From the NCBI GenBank assembly GCA_001661245.1, contig KV454015.1, positions 856,924 to 920,923 on the forward strand: 64,000 bases of DNA. The letters are read 5' to 3'. This stretch comes from Pachysolen tannophilus NRRL Y-2460 (Eukaryota). The translations under genes and the position numbers were made by a program. Shown piece after piece: positions 34,704 to 45,726 of this stretch. The number at the start of each line of letters is the position of its first letter. Position 1 is the stretch's first letter. The notes under the pieces were generated by a model that saw only the letters and a program-made list of their open reading frames with translations, ran no database searches and was not told where the DNA came from.

Positions 34704-34721
34704 CACGTATACATCTACGTG
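34704..34721. promoter_or_regulatory. Inverted pair of UPRE-2 (Hac1-type) motifs
   Basis: CACGTA (34704) - 6 bp - TACGTG (34716), about 160 bp upstream of the ERO1 ATG. Confidence 0.55.
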
Positions 34722-34880
34722 TTCATAAACAATTACAATAAATACTCATTAATAAATATATATATATATTTATATATATATATATATATACTATAAATCT
34801 GTATATTTGGGCTTGAAGGTAATTTGAAGTTTGAGTATTGTGTATTCAAGTTAGGTATCAGAAATCGGATAAGGTTTAGT

Positions 34881-36656
34881 ATGAGGTGGTTTCATAGTGG
34901 AATAGTAGTATTATTGTTGGTTATAATTACAACGGTATCGGGGATAAAACCTCCTGTTAATAGCAATGTCAATGCGAATTCTCCCTCATTACATGAGTTT
35001 CGTGATTCTCCATTTAATGATATAGACAGCTTTCATAACTCAGTAATTGAAGGCTCATCTGATATTACGTTTCAACAAATTGATGATGTTAATACTGTAA
35101 TTAGATCAACTTTGAAAAAAATTGTTAATGAACCTTTTTTCAAAATATTTAAATTAAATTTATACAAATCTTGTCCTTTTTGGAAAGATGAAGGTTTCTG
35201 TTTGTATCGTTCATGTGCTGTGGATACTATAAATGATTGGTCTGAATTACCTGAAATATGGCAACCAGAAAATTTGGGTAAATTGGAGAAATCAAAAAAT
35301 GGACTGGAAACAAGAGAACATAAGAAAAATTTGGTTGGTAATTTAAGTGATGATGAATGTATTGATGAGATTAAAGACAATGATTATTGCGAAATCGATG
35401 GTGATGATGATGAAGATTGTGTTTATGTCAATTTAGTTGATAATCCTGAAAGATTCACTGGATATGGTGGTGAACAATCATTTCAAATTTGGAAGGCTAT
35501 TTATGAAGAAAATTGTTTTTATAGTTCTCAAAAGGATAATGGATTAGATAAAAATGATAATGAAATTGATCAATGTATTGAAAAACAAATTTTTTATAAA
35601 TTAGTTAGTGGTATGCATTCTTCAATTTCTACACATTTAACAAACGAATATTTGAATTTAAAAACAAAAGAATATGAACCAAATTTGTTACAATTCATGT
35701 TTAAAGTTGGTAACTTCCGTGAAAGATTGGAAAATATGTATTTGAATTATATCTTAGTTGTGAAATCTTTAATTAAAATTTATCAATTTCATGTCTTGGA
35801 TAAATTATCATTATGTGGTCCTGAATTTTCAGATAAAGAAGTTGAATTGAAAGAAGATTTGAAAAATTTAATTGAACCATTTTTATCTCTTTCGAAAACT
35901 AGTGAAAATAGTGCAGTCTTATTTGATGAAGATTCTTTATTCCAAGAGTCTAACGCAGATGAATTAAAAAATGAATTCAAGACAAGATTCAGAAATGTTT
36001 CATCCATCATGGATTGCGTACATTGCGAAAGATGTAGATTATGGGGGAAATTACAAACTATTGGTTATGGAACTTCATTAAAAATTTTATTTGAATTAAA
36101 TGATAAAAATTTACAAGATAAAAATTTTGAATTACAGAAAATTGAATTAATTGCTTTGATAAATACATTCGATAGATTAAGTAAAGGTATTGAATCTGTT
36201 ATGAATTTTGAATCGATGTTCATAAAGGGTCTTAACGAAGAAAGCTTAGAAACTGGTGGGGATGATCTGGCTCTCGAGCAAGAAGTAATAAATTTAGATA
36301 AAGATAGTTTTAGACTTCCGTCTTTTGAAGATAATGATGATTCTGTTTCCCATTCCAAAAAGTTTGATACGGGAAAACTGGATAATCGAAATTATGGTTC
36401 CTCATATGAAAACTCTTTTAAAAATAGAAAAACTCTCAAAGAATCTTTTTCGGAAGAAATTGAAAATGTTAAAGAAGCCTTAAAGTTAATATGGTTTTCT
36501 TATACTTCGCTCCCTAGAATTATATACTCTTTAGTGGTAGTGAAATTAAACTATTATTGGAATATGTTCATTGGAAGATCCCAATATTATGATGCTAATC
36601 AGCACTTCAAAGAATTGTTTACCGTCAGTACAACAACTCACAGAGATGAATTATAA
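34881..36656 (+). CDS. ERO1: ER thiol oxidase Ero1
   Basis: Signal peptide from ATG 34881; CPFW...C...C, NPERFTGY, SGMHSSIS and MDCVHCERCRLWGKLQ motifs; ends RDEL. Confidence 0.95.
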   Translation: MRWFHSGIVVLLLVIITTVSGIKPPVNSNVNANSPSLHEFRDSPFNDIDSFHNSVIEGSSDITFQQIDDVNTVIRSTLKKIVNEPFFKIFKLNLYKSCPFWKDEGFCLYRSCAVDTINDWSELPEIWQPENLGKLEKSKNGLETREHKKNLVGNLSDDECIDEIKDNDYCEIDGDDDEDCVYVNLVDNPERFTGYGGEQSFQIWKAIYEENCFYSSQKDNGLDKNDNEIDQCIEKQIFYKLVSGMHSSISTHLTNEYLNLKTKEYEPNLLQFMFKVGNFRERLENMYLNYILVVKSLIKIYQFHVLDKLSLCGPEFSDKEVELKEDLKNLIEPFLSLSKTSENSAVLFDEDSLFQESNADELKNEFKTRFRNVSSIMDCVHCERCRLWGKLQTIGYGTSLKILFELNDKNLQDKNFELQKIELIALINTFDRLSKGIESVMNFESMFIKGLNEESLETGGDDLALEQEVINLDKDSFRLPSFEDNDDSVSHSKKFDTGKLDNRNYGSSYENSFKNRKTLKESFSEEIENVKEALKLIWFSYTSLPRIIYSLVVVKLNYYWNMFIGRSQYYDANQHFKELFTVSTTTHRDEL

Positions 36657-37020
36657 ATAAAGAACCTCAAAAGGAAAAAAGAAAAACTACATAGTTGTGT
36701 ATATATCGTCTTTTCGTTTTTCAGTAATGTAAAATAGACTAATATTAAGGTTTAAAAAAAGAATTATACATTTTATTTATATCTTGCTTTTCGCTCAATT
36801 GACTGAGTTTGTTAATCGTTTATTGGGGACAGCTTATACGTAGATAAAGTCACGTACATAAAGACATCAAAAAATGCAAAAAAATAAGAAAACTATTACA
36901 TATATGAATACAGAAAGAAAAAAATAATACATAAACCAATGAGAGTAATTCTATAATTCCTTCTCATCTCATAATCTAAAAAGAAAATTTTTGATTTTAC
37001 CGTTCTTTTGCATAATGTAT

Positions 37021-40000
37021 TCAATGTTCGGATTTGCGAGACTTTCGAAGAACACTAGCAGCTAATTTTCTTAATTCCGTAGCTTGAGATTCGATGGTAG
37101 TAGAAGGCTGTAGTGGGAAACCAGATAAGCTAGATTTGTGATTGCTATCGCCTTTAAATATTGGATGATGTCTTTCATAAGCCAGCCGTAAAGGAGTAGA
37201 TGTTAAAAACAATTTACTATTGTTAACACAGCTATTCTTCTCACTTTTTCTATTATCCACTGAGATCAAACTTTCTGGTGCCTCAGATTTCACACTGGCG
37301 TTAGCACTATTTAACCAAATCCTCTTTGGTGATAATGATTTCAAGTCTAATGAGGGTGAATTTGGAATAAATCGAGATCTGATGAAAGAGATTCTTTTCC
37401 TCCTCTTTTCTTCTAATTTATATTTTTTCATGAGTTCTCGCTCCATTTGCACAGAAGATATATTACTCGACAAGCCTGATAAAAGATGATGTTGAGTTTG
37501 ATCAAATTTCCCTATGTTCAATGATTGCTGTTGTATTGACTCCAGATTTTTTGGATTTAACTCTTCATTGACATTATGAGCTAATTTTGACAAACCGTTT
37601 GTTAATTTTTGAAGAGAATTTTCACCTTCGATAACACCTGGAATACCATTGTTTCTATATAAAGCCATATCACAAATTGAAATTGACGAAATATAATTGG
37701 AATAAGTAACTGAGTTATACTGCGAAAGTTTCAATAACTCGTTAACTTCCTTTAATGAAATATTGGAATTCGAATAATCATAATATAGAATCAATATACT
37801 AACTTTGAATTTGCAATATTTCTTAATATATTCAGTCACTTTTGCCAATACTTTACCATCCGAATTCAATTTTGTTTTAATGGAAACATTATCATCCTTT
37901 TCAGTTACACCAAATTGGAAAATCAAACATGAAACATCTTTAAAAGACTGTTCTTCATTAAACTTGTGAGGTAATCCTGCTAATTTGATTTCAACTTTAT
38001 CGTTTTGTATTAATTTTTGGAAAGTTTCGTCATGCTCATTTTTTTGTAAACTTAAAACTCTTATCAACCACTGTGAAAATATTGAGCACCAATCTTTAAG
38101 TAAAATTAAAATTTTAATATTGCATTTGATTTTCGTTGATATGGCTTGTAGAAAAACGGAATTCATGTCAATTGGGGAAAATATACCTTCAGATTGCAAT
38201 ATATCCCCCGAATGAAAAGAATCTTCATTGTTCACAGTTCTCTTGAATTTTTTATTCAAAATAACACTGTTATTGAAACTGATCTCATGAGGAAATTGTC
38301 TTTTGCGGGAAAGAGAAATTGATGATGTATTTACACCACCTAAACTGTTTTGGAATGAGTCAAACTCTTGCCTTCTTCGGTTTTTGGTATCAGTGATGTC
38401 TTTGCATCTTTTTGCTATTGGCATGATAACTCTAATTAGTTTCAACTTTAAAGATCTCTTACGAAAATTTTCCGCCTTCACTTCTAATAGTGTAATATAG
38501 AGCACTTCCGACATGAATGCACTATATAGTTCTTGGCTCAAGTCATTTATTAAGTTTGATCTTTGTCTCTCCGAGATTAGAGAATTTAAAATCAGATTCA
38601 TTTCGACCGTCAATAATTTTGATAACATTTCAGTATAAATCCCCAAAATAGCAGTTTTATATTTTGATGAATTTTTCATTAGTTGTGCCGGTGTCTTTAT
38701 TGGGGGTGTCTCTAGTGATTGTGTAGCCGTTTCCGATTTTGGTTTAATATTATTTTGAAAAATAGGGACAGCATAACCCTTCTCAGTTTGTAAAGAAAAT
38801 TGTGGGACAGAGTATTCTCCTTTAACCTCATTAGGTACGTTATTACTTGGTTTAGCAGACTCATTGAAAGACTGAAACTGAAAATTAGGTTTGGATTCTT
38901 GTGCTTTGAAAACTGTAGGTTGCAGTTTCATTGACAAAATATTATCGCTGGTAAATTTATTTGATTGTTGTGGCTCCAGCTTTGGTTGCTGGACTTTAAA
39001 TTGTGATTTTTGAATTTCATTGTTTTGTGTTGAGGATGGAGAAGCCATTGATATATCCCTAGAAAATTCTGTATTAGCAGAGGGCATAGCTGAATAATTT
39101 TGACTAACAGATTGAGTTCTTCCGAGTAAAGTTGATGATGGTAATACTGAATTTTTTCCAAAATTGTTAGACCCAATAGAAACATTGTTATTGTTGTTAA
39201 AATTATTGCGATTTCCCCTATTTGCAAAAATATTGAAGTCAACAGATTCAATTCCATCATTAATGAGAAATTTTATATTTTGTGTTGAGGAAATTTTTTC
39301 ATTGGTCCTCAAAGAATATGCTTGTGGATATTTTTCTTTATCTTTTACAAACTGGTATTTAAAAGGATGAAATGATATGCATGTCTTTCCATTTTCTTCA
39401 GATACGCCTAAGTCATAGTATTCAACAAATTTGACCAATTCCTCTTCAGAATTAAATCCTAACATTTCTTTTAATTGTAACGCATAATATGGCTTACCAC
39501 TTGTATGAAAACAACTAGACATAGATTTCAAAGCATAAAATCTAACTTCGTTGAAATGAACTTCTAGTAAACATGTCATTAAAACTGGAATTTCTGGATT
39601 ATTAACTATTTTGAAAAATTCCACAAAAAAATTCAAGCAACCGGGATAATTTTCTGAATCTCTGTTATTTTGTGATAATAAACCTCTAAACATTAAAGCT
39701 TTTTGAACAAAAGGATCATGGAATATATCATCTGGTAAGCTCTGAGCTAGGTGATCTAATTCTGGTTTCTTATAATATGAAAGCAAATAATATGATCTAA
39801 ACTCAGCTTCATTTTTACATTTCCCTCCCTTTCTTCTAACGTCATCATAAATTTCGTTCAAAGTTTCCAATGATTTATTAAGTTGTTCTAATTGCTGTTG
39901 TTGAGAATATTCTACATTAGAACCTGCCATTATATGTAAAGTAATTAAATGCATTCTGCAAATTTTTTCAATACAATATATTGCCTCTGGCCCAGCATAA

Positions 40001-41211
40001 TTTTGATAAGTGAAATCTTGTCTAATAGATCTTGTTCTATTCCATATAAAAGACTCTGCTTCTGGTAATTTGTCAACTATTTTATCAATCATGTAGTCAA
40101 GAGTTTGGACTAAGATATGTGGTGGACGAACATCTGAAGGTAACTGAGGAGCTTGACCTGCTTCTGATCTTGAAAACATCTTTATTGCGGTATTAATTGT
40201 AACTTTTTTCGAAATTGGATCTAATTCATATTGACTGTAGTTATTCAAACTTCTCTTTATTCTTTCATAGGTAGGACACATATATAAACAAGTACCTTTA
40301 AAAGTTATTGCGAAAAAAAGGTTTTTCCTCTCGTCTGCTTTATCTACTAAATTTCTATTTTCCATTTCTTTCCGTTCAATTTCTCTCATTTTATCATATT
40401 CTTCTTCAAGTTTTTGTAAATCTGTTACTTGTGTTTCCAATTCTAACATTTTGTGTTGATTAGCAATATCCCATTCATCTGGTTCGAATTTAGAAGGTTC
40501 TAAGATTTTTTCTTCACTCACTAAATATGGAGGTAACTCTTGTTGTTCATGCTGAATTTTTATATAACCAAGATTCTCAGGGTTCTGTATCAATGGACCA
40601 ATAAATTGATCTTCCACTGTTGATGGGATTGGTAAGTAAACTTTATCTCTACTACCGCCGCTTCGCAGACCAGAGTAAAAATCTTGGACCTTACCAGTTA
40701 TTGTTGATGATTGAGTAATTGGAACGTCACCGTAATTTTGATTTTGATTTTGATTTTGATCTTGATTTTGAGTTCCATCTTTTCCTCGTCCCTTGTCAGA
40801 TTTTCCAGTATTATTTTTATTTCTAATATATGTCTTGTTATGTGAACCATGTGTATTATTAGGGTTTCCTGTTGCTTTTCTATTCTTTAAATCATTTCCA
40901 GCTCTCTTTTTTTGTATATTTTCCGCACCACCATTAACATTCCCATTACCAAACTGGCCTCCTCCTCTATTCCCAGCTACATTGGTATTACCGCTGTTTC
41001 TATTTGTCCTAGCGCCAAGATTATTGGATGCCATCTGTCTATTTTTCGTGAAATGATTCAGTCCAGAAGACGGCCCTCCATTGTTACTCAATCTATTATT
41101 ATTATTATTAATATTATTATTATTATTATTGCTATTGCTCCTATCGCTATTGCTATGATTCGTCAGTGATGAAGAGCTTGCAGATAGAGTCGGTATCCCA
41201 AACGCCGACAT
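37021..41211 (-). CDS. SAC3: TREX-2 scaffold Sac3 (SAC3/GANP domain)
   Basis: GTCLYMCP, PSDVRPPHIL, WNRTRSIRQDFTYQN and EAEFRSYYLL motifs. First ATG at 41211. Confidence 0.92.
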   Translation of the reverse strand: MSAFGIPTLSASSSSLTNHSNSDRSNSNNNNNNINNNNNRLSNNGGPSSGLNHFTKNRQMASNNLGARTNRNSGNTNVAGNRGGGQFGNGNVNGGAENIQKKRAGNDLKNRKATGNPNNTHGSHNKTYIRNKNNTGKSDKGRGKDGTQNQDQNQNQNQNYGDVPITQSSTITGKVQDFYSGLRSGGSRDKVYLPIPSTVEDQFIGPLIQNPENLGYIKIQHEQQELPPYLVSEEKILEPSKFEPDEWDIANQHKMLELETQVTDLQKLEEEYDKMREIERKEMENRNLVDKADERKNLFFAITFKGTCLYMCPTYERIKRSLNNYSQYELDPISKKVTINTAIKMFSRSEAGQAPQLPSDVRPPHILVQTLDYMIDKIVDKLPEAESFIWNRTRSIRQDFTYQNYAGPEAIYCIEKICRMHLITLHIMAGSNVEYSQQQQLEQLNKSLETLNEIYDDVRRKGGKCKNEAEFRSYYLLSYYKKPELDHLAQSLPDDIFHDPFVQKALMFRGLLSQNNRDSENYPGCLNFFVEFFKIVNNPEIPVLMTCLLEVHFNEVRFYALKSMSSCFHTSGKPYYALQLKEMLGFNSEEELVKFVEYYDLGVSEENGKTCISFHPFKYQFVKDKEKYPQAYSLRTNEKISSTQNIKFLINDGIESVDFNIFANRGNRNNFNNNNNVSIGSNNFGKNSVLPSSTLLGRTQSVSQNYSAMPSANTEFSRDISMASPSSTQNNEIQKSQFKVQQPKLEPQQSNKFTSDNILSMKLQPTVFKAQESKPNFQFQSFNESAKPSNNVPNEVKGEYSVPQFSLQTEKGYAVPIFQNNIKPKSETATQSLETPPIKTPAQLMKNSSKYKTAILGIYTEMLSKLLTVEMNLILNSLISERQRSNLINDLSQELYSAFMSEVLYITLLEVKAENFRKRSLKLKLIRVIMPIAKRCKDITDTKNRRRQEFDSFQNSLGGVNTSSISLSRKRQFPHEISFNNSVILNKKFKRTVNNEDSFHSGDILQSEGIFSPIDMNSVFLQAISTKIKCNIKILILLKDWCSIFSQWLIRVLSLQKNEHDETFQKLIQNDKVEIKLAGLPHKFNEEQSFKDVSCLIFQFGVTEKDDNVSIKTKLNSDGKVLAKVTEYIKKYCKFKVSILILYYDYSNSNISLKEVNELLKLSQYNSVTYSNYISSISICDMALYRNNGIPGVIEGENSLQKLTNGLSKLAHNVNEELNPKNLESIQQQSLNIGKFDQTQHHLLSGLSSNISSVQMERELMKKYKLEEKRRKRISFIRSRFIPNSPSLDLKSLSPKRIWLNSANASVKSEAPESLISVDNRKSEKNSCVNNSKLFLTSTPLRLAYERHHPIFKGDSNHKSSLSGFPLQPSTTIESQATELRKLAASVLRKSRKSEH

Positions 41212-42039
41212 CAATCCTAAACACAAGTCAATTTTTAATAATTATTATATAACATATCTATCTTTCTTATTTAAAGATTGTTCAAAAAGGCTTAATTGAT
41301 TGTTTTAAAAACAAACACTCTTTTTTGAGTTTTTTGCGAACGACTTTTTAATTTGGTTTTTAAGAATTTTTGTGAAAAGTTGTTGTTAACGACAAGAGAT
41401 TCAATGAGTAAGATGATTTTTTTGAGAGCTTTGGAGTATTGGAAAGTATGTGATTGCGGTGGTTTTGGAGTTAGGTGGAAAAAAAGTTTAGGTTCTACTG
41501 TGTAAGTTTGAGTTTGAGCTTTGCCGGTAGATGACATTTTTGCCATAGCAATTTGTTTCCTATATAAATAAATATAATATAATATAAGTATAGTCTTGAG
41601 TTGATGTCTTGTTGTCGTTTCATCTCTATCAGTTCCCAGTTTTTCCATGAAAGACATTAATGGAAATAAGATGGGTTAAAGATCCTGATTGTTATAAGTA
41701 GTACAAATATCATATTTACTCAGCGCTGATAGTGTAGCTGTAGTCAGTTGAATACTTGGTCAACTATTGAAAGCTGTTAAAAATTTCATTATTTCTGATT
41801 ATATATAAAAGAAAATTCTTGATTTATTAATATATCTAGCTCTAATCATCTATTTGGATCAAAAAAAGTGAGCTTTGAGCTTCAACATAAATTTAAATTT
41901 GCTTTAATTGTATAAGACGAAATTTTTAATTAATAAAAAAAAAAAATTAAATCAAGTAAAAGAAAGAAGAAGAAAAACAAAAATTCAAATTGTAGGTATT
42001 AAACAATAATATATTAAGAAGATACAATTTTTTTTAAAG

Positions 42040-43302
42040 ATGGAAGATGGTGAGAATATTCATCTGCTCTTCCCGATGATTAGCTCACCTAATGTATTGC
42101 AAGAAGCTCGGTTTCCATCAGGTGTATCTTCGAGTTCTGGTTCTAGAGCTGGTTCTGGAGCTGGTTCAGGTTCAGGTTCTGGTTCACCAAGGTATGAAGG
42201 GATGTCTGGGTTACAATCAGTAAATTCAAAAGAAGATGAATTTGCTGTATCTTCAGATTCGGATATTGGTTCATTAAGTAGTTTCCCTTATGAATTTGAA
42301 AATTCTCTGGGAAATGGAGGGAAACTGAATACAGGACTGAAAGAAATTAATGATGCCGATAGTGATTTTGATTATGATGATTCTATAATGGGTGCAAGCC
42401 GAAGTGGATTTTCTTCTTCTACAACAACAAGTACACCAATAATGCTAACACCCAAATCCCCAGCAAGAAATGTTTCCAATAATAATAATAATAGTAATAC
42501 AAGTTCCCCTAGAAGTAGGAGTAAAAGTTCCAAAAGAAGACCATCAAGGTCAAGAGAAGAATTACCTCCAGTTGCTAAAGTTTTCAAAAATTTATTAATA
42601 CTCGAAGAATCATTAAGACAACAAGTAGCACAACAGCGATCTTTAAGAAATAATTATTTACTGTTTTTAACAGTATTATTAAGTTTCTTGACGATTTCTT
42701 TATACAAATTATATTTCAGTTTGGTGGAACCAACTGGATATTTGAAATTTTTCTATAGATTTATTTCCGTGATATCATTTGTTACATTATCATTGTATTA
42801 TATATCTGGCGATTATCATCGTACAATAGTTCTTCCGAAAAAATTTTTATCATCAACAAACAAAGGTCTTCGACAATTAAATGTCAGATTGATAAAAGTT
42901 AAGACTCCATTAAGTGATAAATATACTGATTTATTTAGATATTCTTTGAAAATTTTATCAAGTTTTTTAAAATGGCTTTTAAACCTAACAGGTCCTTTAA
43001 AAAATTTTAAAATTGGAAAATTTTTTGAAAAAATAATATTATCAATTGAAAATAGATCTCAACCAAGAGTTGGAGCAACAGAAGTTAAACTAGTGTTGAA
43101 TCCAAGAATTTTCAATACTCATACAAGAGAAAATTGGGAAATGTACAGAAACGAATTCTGGTCAAGAGAAGGTGCTAGAAGAAGAGGAGCAAAGTCTTTC
43201 AATACCTTGAATAACCCAGAAGAAAATTTCAAGAATGAGCTAATAGATAAAGATAAAAGAGAACGCAAAGAAAGAAGGAAAAGTAAACTACTACTACAGT
43301 AG
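42040..43302 (+). CDS. SPO7: Nem1-Spo7 phosphatase regulatory subunit
   Basis: KVFKNLLILEESLRQQ, YHRTIVLPKKF..TNKGLRQLN and KLVLNPR..RENWEMYRNEFW motifs. Confidence 0.92.
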   Translation: MEDGENIHLLFPMISSPNVLQEARFPSGVSSSSGSRAGSGAGSGSGSGSPRYEGMSGLQSVNSKEDEFAVSSDSDIGSLSSFPYEFENSLGNGGKLNTGLKEINDADSDFDYDDSIMGASRSGFSSSTTTSTPIMLTPKSPARNVSNNNNNSNTSSPRSRSKSSKRRPSRSREELPPVAKVFKNLLILEESLRQQVAQQRSLRNNYLLFLTVLLSFLTISLYKLYFSLVEPTGYLKFFYRFISVISFVTLSLYYISGDYHRTIVLPKKFLSSTNKGLRQLNVRLIKVKTPLSDKYTDLFRYSLKILSSFLKWLLNLTGPLKNFKIGKFFEKIILSIENRSQPRVGATEVKLVLNPRIFNTHTRENWEMYRNEFWSREGARRRGAKSFNTLNNPEENFKNELIDKDKRERKERRKSKLLLQ

Positions 43303-44142
43303 ATCAACACTAATTTTTAATACGTTTTAAGACTATTACACACAATTTCCATCTGGTTTCACTCTCTTACTTTAACTTACTGGTTGGCCCAACTATTGAT
43401 TAAATGGTTTATATATATATATATATTTCTAACTGAATGGCACAGATGATCCCGAAAATTTACTTTCTAGATCATCAACCATATAATGAGTTTGGGTTTT
43501 ATTGCCATCTTTCTGCTGTGATTCATTCTATTCTATTTCCTTTTTATGCATATATTCATGCATTTTTCATGCAAATAAATATCAAACTACCATTAAACTG
43601 TGTATCCCTATCTCTAAAAAGTCTTTAGTGCTACTAAATTGGTAGTAGCTGAATGTAAATCTGTACATCTTAAGGATCATAGTCTTTTTGTTAACAGAAA
43701 GGGGTTGAACAGTAAAAATCATGTCTTTTTAGCTAGTGGAAATAGAAATTAAGGGTTATATGTTTTCTTTTTATTATTTTTTTTTGGGTTGATCCTTTGT
43801 TCTTTTAACTTAAACCGAGCCCCCTTTTCGTTTTAATGTTAAAATAGTGATCTTTGTCTTGAGGGAACCGGAAATCCTAAGGTCTCGTAGATCTTGTAGA
43901 CTACTGTCGTATTATGTCATTACCTCTTATTGTCAGTTTTTTGTTTATTTGTTTGAGAGCTTGTTCGAAACAGAAATTATACAAATTAAATGAGATGGAC
44001 TTGTCTCTTGTTTTTCCTTTCTCTTTGTTTTTAAATTTTTATCGCAAGTGAGTTTTCCAAGTTAAAAAGTTAAACAATTCATGTTTCTGCTTTGTCAATT
44101 TGAAATTGAAAATTTATTAAAAAAAATTAGAGTTATTTGAAG

Positions 44143-45726
44143 ATGAATCATTGTTGGTTCCATTCTTTGCTCTGTTTTTCATGTTTTGCATATGCTTCCG
44201 TACCAGCCATTACCGATATTAATTATGTTGGTAACTCAAATGCCCAAGGGGTTCTTCAAATTGGGTTTGATATTTTTAGGGGTAATTCCATTCTTGATAC
44301 TGGTATCTCTAGAAAACCTCATTTGAGAAAACCACATTTGAGAAAAAGATCAAACATAGCTGGTACTTTGAATTCAACAATTTTAAATGAACAAAATTTT
44401 TATTTAGCCAATGTTACCGTTGGTACTCCAGCACAGTCATTAGCTGTCTTGATTGATACAGGATCATCTGATTTATGGGTTATGGGAAATCAAAACCCTT
44501 ATTGTGAACCATCGAGTACTTCCTCCGTCTCTGCTTCTCTGACAAATCTGTATTCAAGTGCAGAAGCAACAATAGATTGTAGTTTATATGGTACTTTTGA
44601 CAAGAGTAAATCTTCCACTTATAAGTCAAACGGTACAACTTTTTATATAGAATATGGAGATGGAAGTACTGCACAAGGAACGTGGGGTACAGATGAATTC
44701 ACAATTGCAGGAATCACCATTCATAACCAATCACTTGCTGTGGCCAATAAAACAGATGCATCAATTAGTATTTTAGGAATTGGTTATGTTGGGCTAGAAA
44801 GTACTGAGCAATCAACAACTACAGAAGACTACACATATCCAAATTTACCAGTTAAGTTGGTTGAACAAGGTATTATCAATAAAAATGCTTATTCTCTATA
44901 CTTAAATACTCCTGATTCTAGCAGTGGTATCATTTTATTTGGTGGTGTCGATCACGATAAATATACAGGGTCTTTAGAAACAGTGCAAGTGGTTAACCAA
45001 TACCTTTATGAAGGTGTGTTACAACCAATCACATTGGCTGTGACTTTAAGTGCTATTACTGTAAATTCCACTGTGGTATCTAACTTGCCTGCAGTTGCAT
45101 TACTTGATTCAGGAACTACAGCAATTTATGCTCCAGTGACAGTTTTCATGGCAATTAATCAACTGCTTGGTGGAACTTATAACAGTGAATACGGTGTTTA
45201 TACTAGTGAATGTGTAAAAGAGGACGATACAACTCAAGCTACTTTTGATTTTACAGGAGCTAAAATTAATGTCTCTTTATATGATTTACAAGTTCCGATT
45301 AGCGAACTTACAACTGGTACTTCTTCCAGTAGAAAAGGCACTTGTGTTATTGAAATTTTTGCATCATCTGATTCCAGCTATATCTTGGGCGATGCTTTCT
45401 TAAGATCTGCTTATGTCGTTTACGATTTAGACGACTACCAAATCTCGTTAGCTCAGTCCAACCCAAACTCCACAAGCGAAAACATTGAAGTTATCAAATC
45501 ATCTGTTCCTTCGGCAACATCAGCTTCAGATTATAGTCTGACTTGGACAACCACCAGTGGATCTACCTCTGCGACTAAACACGCTATTATTCCACATGAA
45601 CTGTTGCCATCCAAATTGCCCAAATTAATAGCAAGAGACTCTGGTGTCGGAAAACTCGAAGCTAATACTGCAAAAATAATTTTAATCTTCATCATAACGA
45701 TCATTATGAGCTTGATTTTACTTTAA
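44143..45726 (+). CDS. GPI-anchored aspartyl protease (yapsin/SAP family)
   Basis: Signal peptide, KR pro-region, catalytic DTGSSDLW and LLDSGTT, ILGDAFLRSAYVVYDL, Ser/Thr tail and hydrophobic C-terminus. Confidence 0.9.
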   Translation: MNHCWFHSLLCFSCFAYASVPAITDINYVGNSNAQGVLQIGFDIFRGNSILDTGISRKPHLRKPHLRKRSNIAGTLNSTILNEQNFYLANVTVGTPAQSLAVLIDTGSSDLWVMGNQNPYCEPSSTSSVSASLTNLYSSAEATIDCSLYGTFDKSKSSTYKSNGTTFYIEYGDGSTAQGTWGTDEFTIAGITIHNQSLAVANKTDASISILGIGYVGLESTEQSTTTEDYTYPNLPVKLVEQGIINKNAYSLYLNTPDSSSGIILFGGVDHDKYTGSLETVQVVNQYLYEGVLQPITLAVTLSAITVNSTVVSNLPAVALLDSGTTAIYAPVTVFMAINQLLGGTYNSEYGVYTSECVKEDDTTQATFDFTGAKINVSLYDLQVPISELTTGTSSSRKGTCVIEIFASSDSSYILGDAFLRSAYVVYDLDDYQISLAQSNPNSTSENIEVIKSSVPSATSASDYSLTWTTTSGSTSATKHAIIPHELLPSKLPKLIARDSGVGKLEANTAKIILIFIITIIMSLILL

